A stretch of 36,408 nucleotides of DNA, from contig CAYYKF010000005.1 in NCBI GenBank assembly GCA_964441035.1, positions 1-36,408 of the forward strand, written 5' to 3'. Both the position numbers and the translations under genes were made by a program. The notes beneath the pieces were generated by a model. The model was not told the origin of the DNA. It worked only from the letters and a program-made list of their open reading frames with translations, and did not search any database. Positions 34,853-36,408 of this stretch are shown one piece after another; positions within the stretch are counted from its first letter, which is position 1, and every line of letters begins with the position of its first letter. Origin of the DNA: an uncultured Candidatus Poseidoniales archaeon. Lineage in GTDB: Archaea; Thermoplasmatota; Poseidoniia; Poseidoniales; Thalassarchaeaceae.

Positions 34853-35782
34853 TTATTCTTCTTCAGAAAGGTCCACGAAGGGTATATTGTCATCATCGAG
34901 TGCTTCGTGTGTTCGACGGATTTCAGTCGGCAACTCCTCATGAAGAAGGATTTTTTCGCTCAAATCGATATCATCTTCCTCTAATTCAGTCATAGACTCA
35001 AGTAAATCATCCCCACTTTCATGTTGTCCAGAAACTTCAGTTCTTGGATCTGCCTCGATAAGGAATTTCTCTGCGCGTGCAAGCGCACGTTCTACTCCGG
35101 CAGCAGTTTTGTCGTGTAATGCATCATTTGCCGCATCGCATTCATCACGAAGTTGTGTGATTTTTGATTGTGCTAATTCGATACTCCAACCTGGAGGTGC
35201 TTTTTCTGCCAACTGTGGTAACATTTCTTCAAGTGCAATTGCTTTTGATTGCATGTTTTGAATCGTGTTGCTTAGATCTTCTCTACCGCGTTCGATAAGA
35301 TTCTCCCAAGCAGCCTTATGGTCACTATTGCTGTTACCTGTAACCTTCGCAAAGCGCTTCTTACGTGTTGCTTCCCAAGGATTTCTACCGAGTCCGCTAA
35401 CCAAGTCAAAAATTAATCGAGCACGACGCTGAAGTGACCCTTCCATTCGAATTGTGTTTAGAAAACAAGAGGCAAAAAGTCCGAAACCCCAGTATGCCTT
35501 GCTTTCAATTGTGATTGATAGTTCAGCATCTGAGCATTCAATCTTCCAACGTTGTTGGTCAAATCCGGGTATTTCCACCACACGTGGAGGTTCATGGGCT
35601 CCAAATCCTCTCAACAGTGCATCAGCCACATCTCCGAGGAATAGCGAGCCCTGAGCACTAGGAAAATTCGCATGCCTGAGTCTTTCATCCGCATCGATTT
35701 TCATTTCAGGATCGCCAGATTTTACTTGAGCATACAAAATTGATTCTCGTGAATCAAGAATACCATCTGCGTCTCCAGTCAT
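34853..35782 (-). CDS. hypothetical protein, coiled-coil centre and acidic C-terminus
   Basis: A 309-aa ORF with plausible composition. No motif recognised. It ends in DDDNIPFVDLSEEE. Confidence 0.5.
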   Translation of the reverse strand: MTGDADGILDSRESILYAQVKSGDPEMKIDADERLRHANFPSAQGSLFLGDVADALLRGFGAHEPPRVVEIPGFDQQRWKIECSDAELSITIESKAYWGFGLFASCFLNTIRMEGSLQRRARLIFDLVSGLGRNPWEATRKKRFAKVTGNSNSDHKAAWENLIERGREDLSNTIQNMQSKAIALEEMLPQLAEKAPPGWSIELAQSKITQLRDECDAANDALHDKTAAGVERALARAEKFLIEADPRTEVSGQHESGDDLLESMTELEEDDIDLSEKILLHEELPTEIRRTHEALDDDNIPFVDLSEEE

Positions 35783-35868
35783 GATGCTTCACTACCTAGT
35801 CTGTTAACACATGCCATAAAGAACAACTTGATTAGTTTGGCCACCAGTTCCGGTATGGAGCGGAGAAC

Positions 35869-36375
35869 ATGGCAGCGAAGAAGCCCTCGGCAAATGAGAA
35901 AGCAGTAGACCGATTGACCAGCCTACCGGGAGTTGGAGCAAAGACAGCATTGAAGTTGGTCAAAGCCAACATCAAGACGTCTGCTGCGATTAATCGCGTT
36001 GGCATCAAAGGATTGGCTAAAGCGGGTATCACGGGTGCGATGGCAACACGAATTCTTGCGGGAGCCGCCAAATCTGCAGGTGCTAAAGCTGCGACCAAAG
36101 CCAAGAAGGCTGCCACCAAAGCGAAGACCGCTGCGAAGGCAGCACCTAAGAAAGCGGCAAAGGCGACAAAGACCATCAAAATGTCAGCCAAGACTGCTGC
36201 TGCGAAAGGAACCAGCAAAGTGAAGAAAACCGTGGCTGCAGCCAAGAAGAAAGCTCCCAAAAAGAGGAAGGCTGCTGTGACCAAGAAATCTGCCAAGACA
36301 GTCGAAGTCAGTAGCAAGACCCTGAAGACACCTTCACTGAAGGAGATGCTCAAGAAAATCAAGAAGAACGATTAA
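35869..36375 (+). CDS. DNA-binding protein: N-terminal tandem helix-hairpin-helix motifs plus Lys/Ala-rich histone H1-like tail
   Basis: LTSLPGVGAKTALKLV and GLAKAGITGAMATRIL are HhH-like (h-x-x-h-x-G-h-G). About 100 aa of AKKAATKAKTAAKAAPKKAAKATK-type repeats follow. The mirror ORF 35832..36362 (-) is an Ala/Phe/Leu artefact. Confidence 0.7.
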   Translation: MAAKKPSANEKAVDRLTSLPGVGAKTALKLVKANIKTSAAINRVGIKGLAKAGITGAMATRILAGAAKSAGAKAATKAKKAATKAKTAAKAAPKKAAKATKTIKMSAKTAAAKGTSKVKKTVAAAKKKAPKKRKAAVTKKSAKTVEVSSKTLKTPSLKEMLKKIKKND

Positions 36376-36408
36376 TCTTCAGCGTAATTCAGATTGAAGC
36401 ACATCATC

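Noticed and set aside
35832-36362. 176-aa minus-strand ORF opposite the Lys/Ala-rich gene
   Set aside because: It is the mirror-frame artefact of GCN/AAG repeats (Ala/Phe/Leu-rich). The plus-strand product has HhH motifs.
36379-36408. Possible 3' end of a minus-strand gene at the window edge (…DDVLQSELR-stop)
   Set aside because: Only 9 codons are visible, which is too short to support a call.
1-36408. CRISPR arrays, IS elements, prophage or known defence systems
   Set aside because: A visual scan found no spaced direct-repeat array, no transposase, integrase or recombinase-like ORF, and no terminal inverted repeats. This cannot be fully excluded without computational repeat search.

Overview
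This is a 36.4-kb, very gene-dense fragment with about 33 CDS and 2 tRNAs. Spacers are mostly under 170 nt, and there are several start/stop overlaps and abutting convergent stops. It reads as core chromosome of an aerobic, probably marine, archaeon. Archaeal informational markers are present: FEN-1 with a C-terminal PIP box, Sec61beta/SecG, a THUMP Trm11-type methyltransferase, a UPF0292 Toprim protein and an Lrp/AsnC regulator. They sit among bacterial-type metabolic genes: homodimeric-type AceE, fused RibD, YaaA, YggU/DUF167, a DAGK-type lipid kinase, and an A-type heme-copper oxidase operon (coxB-coxA-coxC-subunit IV) followed by Sco. The window also has a 1108-aa cadherin-like surface protein, poly-acidic cytoplasmic tails and LAGCLGG lipoboxes. 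Together these suggest a Poseidoniales (Marine Group II)-like Thermoplasmatota genome, but that is inference from gene content only. I saw no CRISPR array, transposase, integrase, toxin-antitoxin pair or recognisable defence island, and neither tRNA shows an att-like duplication that I could spot by eye. Six items look most worth follow-up. (1) CoxA carries a ~230-aa N-terminal extracytoplasmic domain with a Reeler-like sequence pattern and a C-x-C-H motif. (2) A 59-codon Hc1-type histone-like ORF falls below the ORF-track cut-off. (3) A (HhH)2 protein has a Lys/Ala-rich H1-like tail. (4) The Sco copper chaperone fold is split by a ~200-aa insertion, and His/Asp-rich tracts recur across the cox/sco proteins. 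(5) An SNF2 ATPase with a ~360-aa uncharacterised C-terminus lies co-directionally with Lrp, a bitopic membrane protein and an m5C RNA methyltransferase. (6) Several intergenic spacers contain C-run/G-run hairpins, including a perfect 8-bp G:C hairpin in the cox divergent promoter. All family assignments come from motif recognition by eye. No searches were run, and start codons are best guesses.
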